Positions 42,761 to 57,900 of a stretch of 64,000 nucleotides of DNA are shown here, one piece after another (the first letter of the stretch is position 1; every line of letters begins with the position of its first letter). Source of the stretch: Auanema rhodensis (Eukaryota; Animalia; Nematoda); NCBI GenBank assembly GCA_964057225.1, contig OZ059900.1, forward strand, positions 17,298,001 to 17,362,000, given 5' to 3'. Both the position numbers and the translations under genes were made by a program. The notes below the pieces were generated by a model that was not told the DNA's origin, ran no database searches, and worked only from the letters and a program-made list of their open reading frames with translations.

Positions 42761-44749
42761 CCCCTTATGGCTAATATTGATTAAATCGATTTTTGTTCAT
42801 ATGATTCGTCAAATGCAACGAATTTCAGCGTGTTACATACTAAAATGAAGCATTTTACATGCTGAACACTAGAAAAATACAAAAACACAGTATTTCCCAT
42901 GAGAAATATTTTATTATGCTGGAAAACCAGTTTTTGGAAATTTCGCTGTAAACAAGGTTTTGACTTACGATTTCATGTGTTCAAACTCATGCAATGTCAA
43001 TGAAACCTAGCTCAAAATTGTTCGTACAACGTCTAGTTCCACTTTCACGACAAAAAAACAGGGGTTAGAAAACTAAGGAAATTAGCATATTCTGAGGGCA
43101 CGCCCCTTATGGCTAATATTGATTAAATCGATTTTTGTTCATATGAGTCGTCAAATGCAACGACTTTCAGCGTGTTACATACTAAAATGAAGCATTTTAC
43201 ATGCTGAACACTAGAAAAATACAAAAACACAGTATTTCCCATGAGAAATATTTTATTATGCTGGAAAACCAGTTTTTGGAAATTTCGCTGTAAACAAGGT
43301 TTTGACTTACGATTTCATGTGTTCAAACTCATGCAATGTCAATGAAACCTAGCTCAAAATTGTTCGTACAACGTCTAGTTCCACTTTCACGACAAAAAAA
43401 CAGGGGTTAGAAAATTAAGGAAATTAGCATATTCTGAGGGCACGCCCCTTATGGCTAATATTGATTAAATCGATTTTTGTTCATATGAGTCGTCAAATGC
43501 AACGAATTTCAGCGTGTTACATACTAAAATGAAGCATTTTACATGCTGAACACTAGAAAAATACAAAAACACAGTATTTCCCATGAGAAATATTTTATTA
43601 TGCTGGAAAACCAGTTTTTGGAAATTTCGCTGTAAACAAGGTTTTGACTTACGATTTCATGTGTTCAAACTCATGCAATGTCAATGAAACCTAGCTCAAA
43701 ATTGTTCGTACAACGTCTAGTTCCACTTTCACGACAAAAAAACAGGGGTTAGAAAATTAAGGAAATTAGCATATTCTGAGGGCACGCCCCTTATGGCTAA
43801 TATTGATTAAATCGATTTTTGTTCATATGAGTCGTCAAATGCAACGAATTTCAGCGTGTTACATACTAAAATGAAGCATTTTACATGCTGAACACTAGAA
43901 AAATACAAAAACACAGTATTTCCCATGAGAAATATTTTATTATGCTGGAAAACCAGTTTTTGGAAATTTCGCTGTAAACAAGGTTTTGACTTACGATTTC
44001 ATGTGTTCAAACTCATGCAATGTCAATGAAACCTAGCTCAAAATTGTTCGTACAACGTCTAGTTCCACTTTCACGACAAAAAAACAGGGGTTAGAAAATT
44101 AAGGAAATTAGCATATTCTGAGGGCACGCCCCTTATGGCTAATATTGATTAAATCGATTTTTGTTCATATGAGTCGTCAAATGCAACGAATTTCAGCGTG
44201 TTACATACTAAAATGAAGCATTTTACATGCTGAACACTATAAAAATACAAAAACACAGTATTTCCCATGAGAAATATTTTATTATGCTGGAAAACCAGTT
44301 TTTGGAAATTTCGCTGTAAACAAGGTTTTGACTTACGATTTCATGTGTTCAAACTCATGCAATGTCAATGAAACCTAGCTCAAAATTGTTCGTACAACGT
44401 CTAGTTCCACTTTCACGACAAAAAAACAGGGGTTAGAAAATTTAGGAAATTAGCATATTCTGAGGGCACGCCCCTTATGGCTAATATTGATTAAATCGAT
44501 TTTTGTTCATATGAGTCGTCAAATGCAACGAATTTCAGCGTGTTACATACTAAAATGAAGCATTTTACATGCTGAACACTAGAAAAATACAAAAACACAG
44601 TATTTCCCATGAGAAATATTTTATTATGCTGGAAAACCAGTTTTTGGAAATTTCGCTGTAAACAAGGTTTTGACTTACGATTTCATGTGTTCAAACTCAT
44701 GCAATGTCAATGAAACCTAGCTCAAAATTGTTCGTACAACGTCTAGTTC

Positions 44750-47700
44750 CACTTTCACGACAAAAAAACAAGGGTTAGAAAATTAAGGAAATTAGCATAT
44801 TCTGAGGGCACGCCCCTTATGGCTAATATTGATTAAATCGATTTTTGTTCATATGAGTCGTCAAATGCAACGAATTTCAGCGTGTTACATACTTAAATGA
44901 AGCATTTTACATGCTGAACACTAGAAAAATACAAAAACACAGTATTTCCCATGAGAAATATTTTATTATGCTGGAAAACCAGTTTTTGGAAATTTCGCTG
45001 TAAACAAGGTTTTGACTTACGATTTCATGTGTTCAAACTCATGCAATGTCAATGAAACCTAGCTCAAAATTGTTCGTACAACGTCTAGTTCCACTTTCAC
45101 GACAAAAAAACAAGGGTTAGAAAATTAAGGAAATTAGCATATTCTGAGGGCACGCCCCTTATGGCTAATATTGATTAAATCGATTTTTGTTCATATGAGT
45201 CGTCAAATGCAACGAATTTCAGCGTGTTACATACTTAAATGAAGCATTTTACATGCTGAACACTAGAAAAATACAAAAACACAGTATTTCCCATGAGAAA
45301 TATTTTATTATGCTGGAAAACCAGTTTTTGGAAATTTCGCTGTAAACAAGGTTTTGACTTACGATTTCATGTGTTCAAACTCATGCAATGTCAATGAAAC
45401 ATAGCTCAAAATTGTTCGTACAACGTCTAGTTCCACTTTCACGACAAAAAAACAGGGGTTAGAAAATTAAGGAAATTAGCATATTCTGAGGGCACGCCCC
45501 TTATGGCTAATATTGATTAAATCGATTTTTGTTCATATGAGTCGTCAAATGCAACGAATTTCAGCGTGTTACATACTAAAATGAAGCATTTTACATGCTG
45601 AACACTAGAAAAATACAAAAACACAGTATTTCCCATGAGAAATATTTTATTATGCTGGAAAACCAGTTTTTGGAAATTTCGCTGTAAACAAGGTTTTGAC
45701 TTACGATTTCATGTGTTCAAACTCATGCAATGTCAATGAAACCTAGCTCAAAATTGTTCGTACAACGTCTAGTTCCACTTTCACGACAAAAAAACAGGGG
45801 TTAGAAAACTAAGGAAATTAGCATATTCTGAGGGCACGCCCCTTATGGCTAATATTGATTAAATCGATTTTTGTTCATATGAGTCGTCAAATGCAACGAA
45901 TTTCAGCGTGTTACATACTAAAAGGAAGCATTTTACATGCTGAACACTAGAAAAATACAAAAACACAGTATTTCCCATGAGAAATATTTTATTATGCTGG
46001 AAAACCAGTTTTTGGAAATTTCGCTGTAAACAAGGTTTTGACTTACGATTTCATGTGTTCAAACTCATGCAATGTCAATGAAACCTAGCTCAAAATTGTT
46101 CGTACAACGTCTAGTTCCACTTTCACGACAAAAAAACAAGGGTTAGAAAATTAAGGAAATTAGCATATTCTGAGGGCACGCCCCTTATGGCTAATATTGA
46201 TTAAATCGATTTTTGTTCATATGAGTCGTCAAATGCAACGAATTTCAGCGAGTTACATACTAAAATGAAGCATTTTACATGCTGAACACTAGAAAAATAC
46301 AAAAACACAGTATTTCCCATGAGAAATATTTTATTATGCTGGAAAACCAGTTTTTGGAAATTTCGCTGTAAACAAGGTTTTGACTTACGATTTCATGTGT
46401 TCAAACTCATGCAATGTCAATGAAACATAGCTCAAAATTGTTCGTACAACGTCTAGTTCCACTTTCACGACAAAAAAACAGGGGTTAGAAAATTAAGGAA
46501 ATTAGCATATTCTGAGGGGACGCCCCTTATGGCTAATATTGAATAAATCGATTTTTGTTCATATGAGTCGTCAAATGCAACGAATTTCAGCGTGTTACAT
46601 ACTAAAATGAAGCATTTTACATGCTGAACACTAGAAAAATACAAAAACACAGTATTTCCCATGAGAAATATTTTATTATGCTGGAAAACCAGTTTTTGGA
46701 AATTTCGCTGTAAACAAGGTTTTGACTTACGATTTCATGTGTTCAAACTCATGCAATGTCAATGAAACCTAGCTCAAAATTGTTCGTACAACGTCTAGTT
46801 CCACTTTCACGACAAAAAAACAGGGGTTAGAAAACTAAGGAAATTAGCATATTCTGAGGGCACGCCCCTTATGGCTAATATTGATTAAATCGATTTTTGT
46901 TCATATGAGTCGTCAAATGCAACGAATTTCAGCGTGTTACATACTAAAAGGAAGCATTTTACATGCTGAACACTAGAAAAATACAAAAACACAGTATTTC
47001 CCTTGAGAAATATTTTATTATGCTGGAAAACCAGTTTTTGGAAATTTCGCTGTAAACAAGGTTTTGACTTACGATTTCATGTGTTCAAACTCATGCAATG
47101 TCAATGAAACCTAGCTCAAAATTGTTCGTACAACGTCTAGTTCCACTTCCACGACAAAAAAACAAGGGTTAGAAAATTAAGGAAATTAGCATATTCTGAG
47201 GGCACGCCCCTTATGGCTAATATTGATTAAATCGATTTTTGTTCATATGAGTCGTCAAATGCAACGAATTTCAGCGAGTTACATACTAAAATGAAGCATT
47301 TTACATGCTGAACACTAGAAAAATACAAAAACACAGTATTTCCCATGAGAAATATTTTATTATGCTGGAAAACCAGTTTTTGGAAATTTCGCTGTAAACA
47401 AGGTTTTGACTTACGATTTCATGTGTTCAAACTCATGCAATGTCAATGAAACCTAGCTCAAAATTGTTCGTACAACGTCTAGTTCCACTTTCACGACAAA
47501 AAAACAGGGGTTAGAAAATTAAGGAAATTAGCATATTCTGAGGGCACGCCCCTTATGGCTAATATTGATTAAATCGATTTTTGTTCATATGAGTCGTCAA
47601 ATGCAACGAATTTCAGCGTGTTACATACTAAAATGAAGCATTTTACATGCTGAACACTAGAAAAATACAAAAACACAGTATTTCCCATGAGAAATATTTT

Positions 47701-50700
47701 ATTATGCTGGAAAACCAGTTTTTGGAAATTTCGCTGTAAACAAGGTTTTGACTTACGATTTCATGTGTTCAAACTCATGCAATGTCAATGAAACCTAGCT
47801 CAAAATTGTTCGTACAACGTCTAGTTCCACTTTCACGACAAAAAAACAGGGGTTAGAAAATTAAGGAAATTAGCATATTCTGAGGGCACGCCCCTTATGG
47901 CTAATATTGATTAAATCGATTTTTGTTCATATGAGTCGTCAAATGCAACGAATTTCAGCATGTTACATACTAAAATGAAGCATTTTACATGCTGAACACT
48001 AGAAAAATACAAAAACACAGTATTTCCCATGAGAAATATTTTATTATGCTGGAAAACCAGTTTTTGGAAATTTCGCTGTAAACAAGGTTTTGACTTACGA
48101 TTTCATGTGTTCAAACTCATGCAATGTCAATGAAACCTAGCTCAAAATTGTTCGTACAACGTCTAGTTCCACTTTCACGACAAAAAAACAGGGGTTAGAA
48201 AACTAAGGAAATTAGCATATTCTGAGGGCACGCCCCTTATGGCTAATATTGATTAAATCGATTTTTGTTCATATGAGTCGTCAAATGCAACGAATTTCAG
48301 CGTGTTACATACTAAAAGGAAGCATTTTACATGCTGAACACTAGAAAAATACAAAAACACAGTATTTCCCATGAGAAATATTTTATTATGCTGGAAAACC
48401 AGTTTTTGGAAATTTCGCTGTAAACAAGGTTTTGACTTACGATTTCATGTGTTCAAACTCATGCAATGTCAATGAAACCTAGCTCAAAATTGTTCGTACA
48501 ACGTCTAGTTCCACTTTCACGACAAAAAAACAAGGGTTAGAAAATTAAGGAAATTAGCATATTCTGAGGGCACGCCCCTTATGGCTAATATTGATTAAAT
48601 CGATTTTTGTTCATATGAGTCGTCAAATGCAACGAATTTCAGCGTGTTACATACTAAAATGAAGCATTTTACATGCTGAACACTAGAAAAATACAAAAAC
48701 ACAGTATTTCCCATGAGAAATATTTTATTATGCTGGAAAACCAGTTTTTGGAAATTTCGCTGTAAACAAGGTTTTGACTTACGATTTCATGTGTTCAAAC
48801 TCATGCAATGTCAATGAAACCTAGCTCAAAATTGTTCGTACAACGTCTAGTTCCACTTTCACGACAAAAAAACAAGGGTTAGAAAATTAAGGAAATTAGC
48901 ATATTCTGAGGGCACGCCCCTTATGGCTAATATTGATTAAATCGATTTTTGTTCATATGAGTCGTCAAATGCAACGAATTTCAGCGTGTTACATACTTAA
49001 ATGAAGCATTTTACATGCTGAACACTAGAAAAATACAAAAACACAGTATTTCCCATGAGAAATATTTTATTATGCTGGAAAACCAGTTTTTGGAAATTTC
49101 GCTGTAAACAAGGTTTTGACTTACGATTTCATGTGTTCAAACTCATGCAATGTCAATGAAACCTAGCTCAAAATTGTTCGTACAACGTCTAGTTCCACTT
49201 TCACGACAAAAAAACAAGGGTTAGAAAATTAAGGAAATTAGCATATTCTGAGGGCACGCCCCTTATGGCTAATATTGATTAAATCGATTTTTGTTCATAT
49301 GAGTCGTCAAATGCAACGAATTTCAGCGTGTTACATACTTAAATGAAGCATTTTTACATGCTGAACACTAGAAAAATACAAAAACACAGTATTTCCCATG
49401 AGAAATATTTTATTATGCTGGAAAACCAGTTTTTGGAAATTTCGCTGTAAACAAGGTTTTGACTTACGATTTCATGTGTTCAAACTCATGCAATGTCAAT
49501 GAAACATAGCTCAAAATTGTTCGTACAACGTCTAGTTCCACTTTCACGACAAAAAAACAGGGGTTAGAAAATTAAGGAAATTAGATATTCTGAGGGCACG
49601 CCCCTTATGGCTAATATTGATTAAATCGATTTTTGTTCATATGAGTCGTCAAATGCAACGAATTTCAGCGTGTTACATACTAAAATGAAGCATTTTACAT
49701 GCTGAACACTAGAAAAATACAAAAACACAGTATTTCCCATGAGAAATATTTTATTATGCTGGAAAACCAGTTTTTGGAAATTTCGCTGTAAACAAGGTTT
49801 TGACTTACGATTTCATGTGTTCAAACTCATGCAATGTCAATGAAACCTAGCTCAAAATTGTTCGTACAACGTCTAGTTCCACTTTCACGACAAAAAAACA
49901 GGGGTTAGAAAACTAAGGAAATTAGCATATTCTGAGGGCACGCCCCTTATGGCTAATATTGATTAAATCGATTTTTGTTCATATGAGTCGTCAAATGCAA
50001 CGAATTTCAGCGTGTTACATACTAAAAGGAAGCATTTTACATGCTGAACACTAGAAAAATACAAAAACACAGTATTTCCCATGAGAAATATTTTATTATG
50101 CTGGAAAACCAGTTTTTGGAAATTTCGCTGTAAACAAGGTTTTGACTTACGATTTCATGTGTTCAAACTCATGCAATGTCAATGAAACCTAGCTCAAAAT
50201 TGTTCGTACAACGTCTAGTTCCACTTTCACGACAAAAAAACAAGGGTTAGAAAATTAAGGAAATTAGCATATTCTGAGGGCACGCCCCTTATGGCTAATA
50301 TTGATTAAATCGATTTTTGTTCATATGAGTCGTCAAATGCAACGAATTTCAGCGAGTTACATACTAAAATGAAGCATTTTACATGCTGAACACTAGAAAA
50401 ATACAAAAACACAGTATTTCCCATGAGAAATATTTTATTATGCTGGAAAACCAGTTTTTGGAAATTTCGCTGTAAACAAGGTTTTGACTTACGATTTCAT
50501 GTGTTCAAACTCATGCAATGTCAATGAAACATAGCTCAAAATTGTTCGTACAACGTCTAGTTCCACTTTCACGACAAAAAAACAGGGGTTAGAAAATTAA
50601 GGAAATTAGCATATTCTGAGGGGACGCCCCTTATGGCTAATATTGAATAAATCGATTTTTGTTCATATGAGTCGTCAAATGCAACGAATTTCAGCGTGTT

Positions 50701-52740
50701 ACATACTAAAATGAAGCATTTTACATGCTGAACACTAGAAAAATACAAAAACACAGTATTTCCCATGAGAAATATTTTATTATGCTGGAAAACCAGTTTT
50801 TGGAAATTTCGCTGTAAACAAGGTTTTGACTTACGATTTCATGTGTTCAAACTCATGCAATGTCAATGAAACCTAGCTCAAAATTGTTCGTACAACGTCT
50901 AGTTCCACTTTCACGACAAAAAAACAGGGGTTAGAAAACTAAGGAAATTAGCATATTCTGAGGGCACGCCCCTTATGGCTAATATTGATTAAATCGATTT
51001 TTGTTCATATGAGTCGTCAAATGCAACGAATTTCAGCGTGTTACATACTAAAAGGAAGCATTTTACATGCTGAACACTAGAAAAATACAAAAACACAGTA
51101 TTTCCCTTGAGAAATATTTTATTATGCTGGAAAACCAGTTTTTGGAAATTTCGCTGTAAACAAGGTTTTGACTTACGATTTCATGTGTTCAAACTCATGC
51201 AATGTCAATGAAACCTAGCTCAAAATTGTTCGTACAACGTCTAGTTCCACTTCCACGACAAAAAAACAAGGGTTAGAAAATTAAGGAAATTAGCATATTC
51301 TGAGGGCACGCCCCTTATGGCTAATATTGATTAAATCGATTTTTGTTCATATGAGTCGTCAAATGCAACGAATTTCAGCGAGTTACATACTAAAATGAAG
51401 CATTTTACATGCTGAACACTAGAAAAATACAAAAACACAGTATTTCCCATGAGAAATATTTTATTATGCTGGAAAACCAGTTTTTGGAAATTTCGCTGTA
51501 AACAAGGTTTTGACTTACGATTTCATGTGTTCAAACTCATGCAATGTCAATGAAACCTAGCTCAAAATTGTTCGTACAACGTCTAGTTCCACTTTCACGA
51601 CAAAAAAACAGGGGTTAGAAAATTAAGGAAATTAGCATATTCTGAGGGCACGCCCCTTATGGCTAATATTGATTAAATCGATTTTTGTTCATATGAGTCG
51701 TCAAATGCAACGAATTTCAGCGTGTTACATACTAAAATGAAGCATTTTACATGCTGAACACTAGAAAAATACAAAAACACAGTATTTCCCATGAGAAATA
51801 TTTTATTATGCTGGAAAACCAGTTTTTGGAAATTTCGCTGTAAACAAGGTTTTGACTTACGATTTCATGTGTTCAAACTCATGCAATGTCAATGAAACCT
51901 AGCTCAAAATTGTTCGTACAACGTCTAGTTCCACTTTCACGACAAAAAACAGGGGTTAGAAAATTAAGGAAATTAGCATATTCTGAGGGCACGCCCCTTA
52001 TGGCTAATATTGATTAAATCGATTTTTGTTCATATGAGTCGTCAAATGCAACGAATTTCAGCATGTTACATACTAAAATGAAGCATTTTACATGCTGAAC
52101 ACTAGAAAAATACAAAAACACAGTATTTCCCATGAGAAATATTTTATTATGCTGGAAAACCAGTTTTTGGAAATTTCGCTGTAAACAAGGTTTTGACTTA
52201 CGATTTCATGTGTTCAAACTCATGCAATGTCAATGAAACCTAGCTCAAAATTGTTCGTACAACGTCTAGTTCCACTTTCACGACAAAAAAACAGGGGTTA
52301 GAAAACTAAGGAAATTAGCATATTCTGAGGGCACGCCCCTTATGGCTAATATTGATTAAATCGATTTTTGTTCATATGAGTCGTCAAATGCAACGAATTT
52401 CAGCGTGTTACATACTAAAAGGAAGCATTTTACATGCTGAACACTAGAAAAATACAAAAACACAGTATTTCCCATGAGAAATATTTTATTATGCTGGAAA
52501 ACCAGTTTTTGGAAATTTCGCTGTAAACAAGGTTTTGACTTACGATTTCATGTGTTCAAACTCATGCAATGTCAATGAAACCTAGCTCAAAATTGTTCGT
52601 ACAACGTCTAGTTCCACTTTCACGACAAAAAAACAAGGGTTAGAAAATTAAGGAAATTAGCATATTCTGAGGGCACGCCCCTTATGGCTAATATTGATTA
52701 AATCGATTTTTGTTCATATGAGTCGTCAAATGCAACGAAT
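44750..52740 (-). repeat. 12-monomer higher-order repeat (4104 bp), ~2 copies
   Basis: Variants at 44894/48998, 47003/51107 and 47149/51253, plus the stop-loss monomers at 46465/50569, all at 4104-bp spacing. Confidence 0.9.
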
Positions 52741-54999
52741 TTCAGCGAGTTACATACTAAAATGAAGCATTTTACATGCTGAACACTAGAAAAATACAAA
52801 AACACAGTATTTCCCATGAGAAATATTTTATTATGCTGGAAAACCAGTTTTTGGAAATTTCGCTGTAAACAAGGTTTTGACTTACGATTTCATGTGTTCA
52901 AACTCATGCAATGTCAATGAAACCTAGCTCAAAATTGTTCGTACAACGTCTAGTTCCACTTTCACGACAAAAAAACAGGGGTTAGAAAACTAAGGAAATT
53001 AGCATATTCTGAGGGCACGCCCCTTATGGCTAATATTGATTAAATCGATTTTTGTTCATATGAGTCGTCAAATGCAACGAATTTCAGCGTGTTACATACT
53101 AAAAGGAAGCATTTTACATGCTGAACACTAGAAAAATACAAAAACACAGTATTTCCCTTGAGAAATATTTTATTATGCTGGAAAACCAGTTTTTGGAAAT
53201 TTCGCTGTAAACAAGGTTTTGACTTACGATTTCATGTGTTCAAACTCATGCAATGTCAATGAAACCTAGCTCAAAATTGTTCGTACAACGTCTAGTTCCA
53301 CTTTCACGACAAAAAAACAAGGGTTAGAAAATTAAGGAAATTAGCATATTCTGAGGGCACGCCCCTTATGGCTAATATTGATTAAATCGATTTTTGTTCA
53401 TATGAGTCGTCAAATGCAACGAATTTCAGCGAGTTACATACTAAAATGAAGCATTTTACATGCTGAACACTAGAAAAATACAAAAACACAGTATTTCCCA
53501 TGAGAAATATTTTATTATGCTGGAAAACCAGTTTTTGGAAATTTCGCTGTAAACAAGGTTTTGACTTACGATTTCATGTGTTCAAACTCATGCAATGTCA
53601 ATGAAACCTAGCTCAAAATTGTTCGTACAACGTCTAGTTCCACTTTCACGACAAAAAAACAGGGGTTAGAAAATTAAGGAAATTAGCATATTCTGAGGGC
53701 ACGCCCCTTATGGCTAATATTGATTAAATCGATTTTTGTTCATATGAGTCGTCAAATGCAACGAATTTCAGCGTGTTACATACTAAAATGAAGCATTTTA
53801 CATGCTGAACACTAGAAAAATACAAAAACACAGTATTTCCCATGAGAAATATTTTATTATGCTGGAAAACCAGTTTTTGGAAATTTCGCTGTAAACAAGG
53901 TTTTGACTTACGATTTCATGTGTTCAAACTCATGCAATGTCAATGAAACCTAGCTCAAAATTGTTCGTACAACGTCTAGTTCCACTTTCACGACAAAAAA
54001 ACAGGGGTTAGAAAATTAAGGAAATTAGCATATTCTGAGGGCACGCCCCTTATGGCTAATATTGATTAAATCGATTTTTGTTCATATGAGTCGTCAAATG
54101 CAACGAATTTCAGCATGTTACATACTAAAATGAAGCATTTTACATGCTGAACACTAGAAAAATACAAAAACACAGTATTTCCCATGAGAAATATTTTATT
54201 ATGCTGGAAAACCAGTTTTTGGAAATTTCGCTGTAAACAAGGTTTTGACTTACGATTTCATGTGTTCAAACTCATGCAATGTCAATGAAACCTAGCTCAA
54301 AATTGTTCGTACAACGTCTAGTTCCACTTTCACGACAAAAAAACAAGGGTTAGAAAATTAAGGAAATTAGCATATTCTGAGGGCACGCCCCTTATGGCTA
54401 ATATTGATTAAATCGATTTTTGTTCATATGAGTCGTCAAATGCAACGAATTTCAGCGTGTTACATACTAAAATGAAGCATTTTACATGCTGAACACTAGA
54501 AAAATACAAAAACACAGTATTTCCCATGAGAAATATTTTATTATGCTGGAAAACCAGTTTTTGGAAATTTCGCTGTAAACAAGGTTTTGACTTACGATTT
54601 CATGTGTTCAAACTCATGCAATGTCAATGAAACATAGCTCAAAATTGTTCGTACAACGTCTAGTTCCACTTTCACGACAAAAAAACAGGGGTTAGAAAAT
54701 TAAGGAAATTAGCATATTCTGAGGGGACGCCCCTTATGGCTAATATTGAATAAATCGATTTTTGTTCATATGAGTCGTCAAATGCAACGAATTTCAGCGT
54801 GTTACATACTAAAATGAAGCATTTTACATGCTGAACACTAGAAAAATACAAAAACACAGTATTTCCCATGAGAAATATTTTATTATGCTGGAAAACCAGT
54901 TTTTGGAAATTTCGCTGTAAACAAGGTTTTGACTTACGATTTCATGTGTTCAAACTCATGCAATGTCAATGAAACCTAGCTCAAAATTGTTCGTACAAC

Positions 55000-57900
55000 G
55001 TCTAGTTCCACTTTCACGACAAAAAAACAAGGGTTAGAAAATTAAGGAAATTAGCATATTCTGAGGGCACGCCCCTTATGGCTAATATTGATTAAATCGA
55101 TTTTTGTTCATATGAGTCGTCAAATGCAACGAATTTCAGCGTGTTACATACTAAAATGAAGCATTTTACATGCTGAACACTAGAAAAATACAAAAACACA
55201 GTATTTCCCATGAGAAATATTTTATTATGCTGGAAAACCAGTTTTTGGAAATTTCGCTGTAAACAAGGTTTTGACTTACGATTTCATGTGTTCAAACTCA
55301 TGCAATGTCAATGAAACCTAGCTCAAAATTGTTCGTACAACGTCTAGTTCCACTTTCACGACAAAAAAACAGGGGTTAGAAAATTAAGGAAATTAGCATA
55401 TTCTGAGGGCACGCCCCTTATGGCTAATATTGATTAAATCGATTTTTGTTCATATGAGTCGTCAAATGCAACGAATTTCAGCGTGTTACATACTAAAATG
55501 AAGCATTTTACATGCTGAACACTAGAAAAATACAAAAACACAGTATTTCCCATGAGAAATATTTTATTATGCTGGAAAACCAGTTTTTGGAAATTTCGCT
55601 GTAAACAAGGTTTTGACTTACGATTTCATGTGTTCAAACTCATGCAATGTCAATGAAACCTAGCTCAAAATTGTTCGTACAACGTCTAGTTCCACTTTCA
55701 CGACAAAAAAACAGGGGTTAGAAAATTAAGGAAATTAGCATATTCTGAGGGCACGCCCCTTATGGCTAATATTGATTAAATCGATTTTTGTTCATATGAG
55801 TCGTCAAATGCAACGAATTTCAGCATGTTACATACTAAAATGAAGCATTTTACATGCTGAACACTAGAAAAATACAAAAACACAGTATTTCCCATGAGAA
55901 ATATTTTATTATGCTGGAAAACCAGTTTTTGGAAATTTCGCTGTAAACAAGGTTTTGACTTACGATTTCATGTGTTCAAACTCATGCAATGTCAATGAAA
56001 CCTAGCTCAAAATTGTTCGTACAACGTCTAGTTCCACTTTCACGACAAAAAAACAGGGGTTAGAAAATTAAGGAAATTAGCATATTCTGAGGGCACGCCC
56101 CTTATGGCTAATATTGATTAAATCGATTTTTGTTCATATGAGTCGTCAAATGCAACGAATTTCAGCGTGTTACATACTAAAATGAAGCATTTTACATGCT
56201 GAACACTAGAAAAATACAAAAACACAGTATTTCCCATGAGAAATATTTTATTATGCTGGAAAACCAGTTTTTGGAAATTTCGCTGTAAACAAGGTTTTGA
56301 CTTACGATTTCATGTGTTCAAACTCATGGAATGTCAATGAAACCTGGCTCAAAATTGTTCGTACAACGTCTAGTTCCACTTTCACGACAAAAAAACAGGG
56401 GTTAGAAAATTAAGGAAATTAGCATATTCTGAGGGCACGCCCCTTATGGCTAATATTGATTAAATCGATTTTTGTTCATATGAGTCGTCAAATGCAACGA
56501 ATTTCAGCATGTTACATACTAAAATGAAGCATTTTACATGCTGAACACTAGAAAAATACAAAAACACAGTATTTCCCATGAGAAATATTTTATTATGCTG
56601 GAAAACCAGTTTTTGGAAATTTCGCTGTAAACAAGGTTTTGACTTACGATTTCATGTGTTCAAACTCATGCAATGTCAATGAAACCTAGCTCAAAATTGT
56701 TCGTACAACGTCTAGTTCCACTTTCACGACAAAAAAACAAGGGTTAGAAAATTAAGGAAATTAGCATATTCTGAGGGCACGCCCCTTATGGCTAATATTG
56801 ATTAAATCGATTTTTGTTCATATGAGTCGTCAAATGCAACGAATTTCAGCGTGTTACATACTAAAATGAAGCATTTTACATGCTGAACACTAGAAAAATA
56901 CAAAAACACAGTATTTCCCATGAGAAATATTTTATTATGCTGGAAAACCAGTTTTTGGAAATTTCGCTGTAAACAAGGTTTTGACTTACGATTTCATGTG
57001 TTCAAACTCATGCAATGTCAATGAAACCTAGCTCAAAATTGTTCGTACAACGTCTAGTTCCACTTTCACGACAAAAAAACAGGGGTTAGAAAATTAAGGA
57101 AATTAGCATATTCTGAGGGCACGCCCCTTATGGCTAATATTGATTAAATCGATTTTTGTTCATATGAGTCGTCAAATGCAACGAATTTCAGCGTGTTACA
57201 TACTAAAATGAAGCATTTTACATGCTGAACACTAGAAAAATACAAAAACACAGTATTTCCCATGAGAAATATTTTATTATGCTGGAAAACCAGTTTTTGG
57301 AAATTTCGCTGTAAACAAGGTTTTGACTTACGATTTCATGTGTTCAAACTCATGCAATGTCAATGAAACCTAGCTCAAAATTGTTCGTACAACGTCTAGT
57401 TCCACTTTCACGACAAAAAAACAGGGGTTAGAAAATTAAGGAAATTAGCATATTCTGAGGGCACGCCCCTTATGGCTAATATTGATTAAATCGATTTTTG
57501 TTCATATGAGTCGTCAAATGCAACGAATTTCAGCATGTTACATACTAAAATGAAGCATTTTACATGCTGAACACTAGAAAAATACAAAAACACAGTATTT
57601 CCCATGAGAAATATTTTATTATGCTGGAAAACCAGTTTTTGGAAATTTCGCTGTAAACAAGGTTTTGACTTACGATTTCATGTGTTCAAACTCATGCAAT
57701 GTCAATGAAACCTAGCTCAAAATTGTTCGTACAACGTCTAGTTCCACTTTCACGACAAAAAAACAAGGGTTAGAAAATTAAGGAAATTAGCATATTCTGA
57801 GGGCACGCCCCTTATGGCTAATATTGATTAAATCGATTTTTGTTCATATGAGTCGTCAAATGCAACGAATTTCAGCGTGTTACATACTAAAATGAAGCAT

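Noticed and set aside
46465-54869. Three identical 65-aa ORFs as real CDS
   Set aside because: Each is a satellite monomer with a single stop-loss SNP, with no recognisable domain or gene context. Their spacing follows the HOR.
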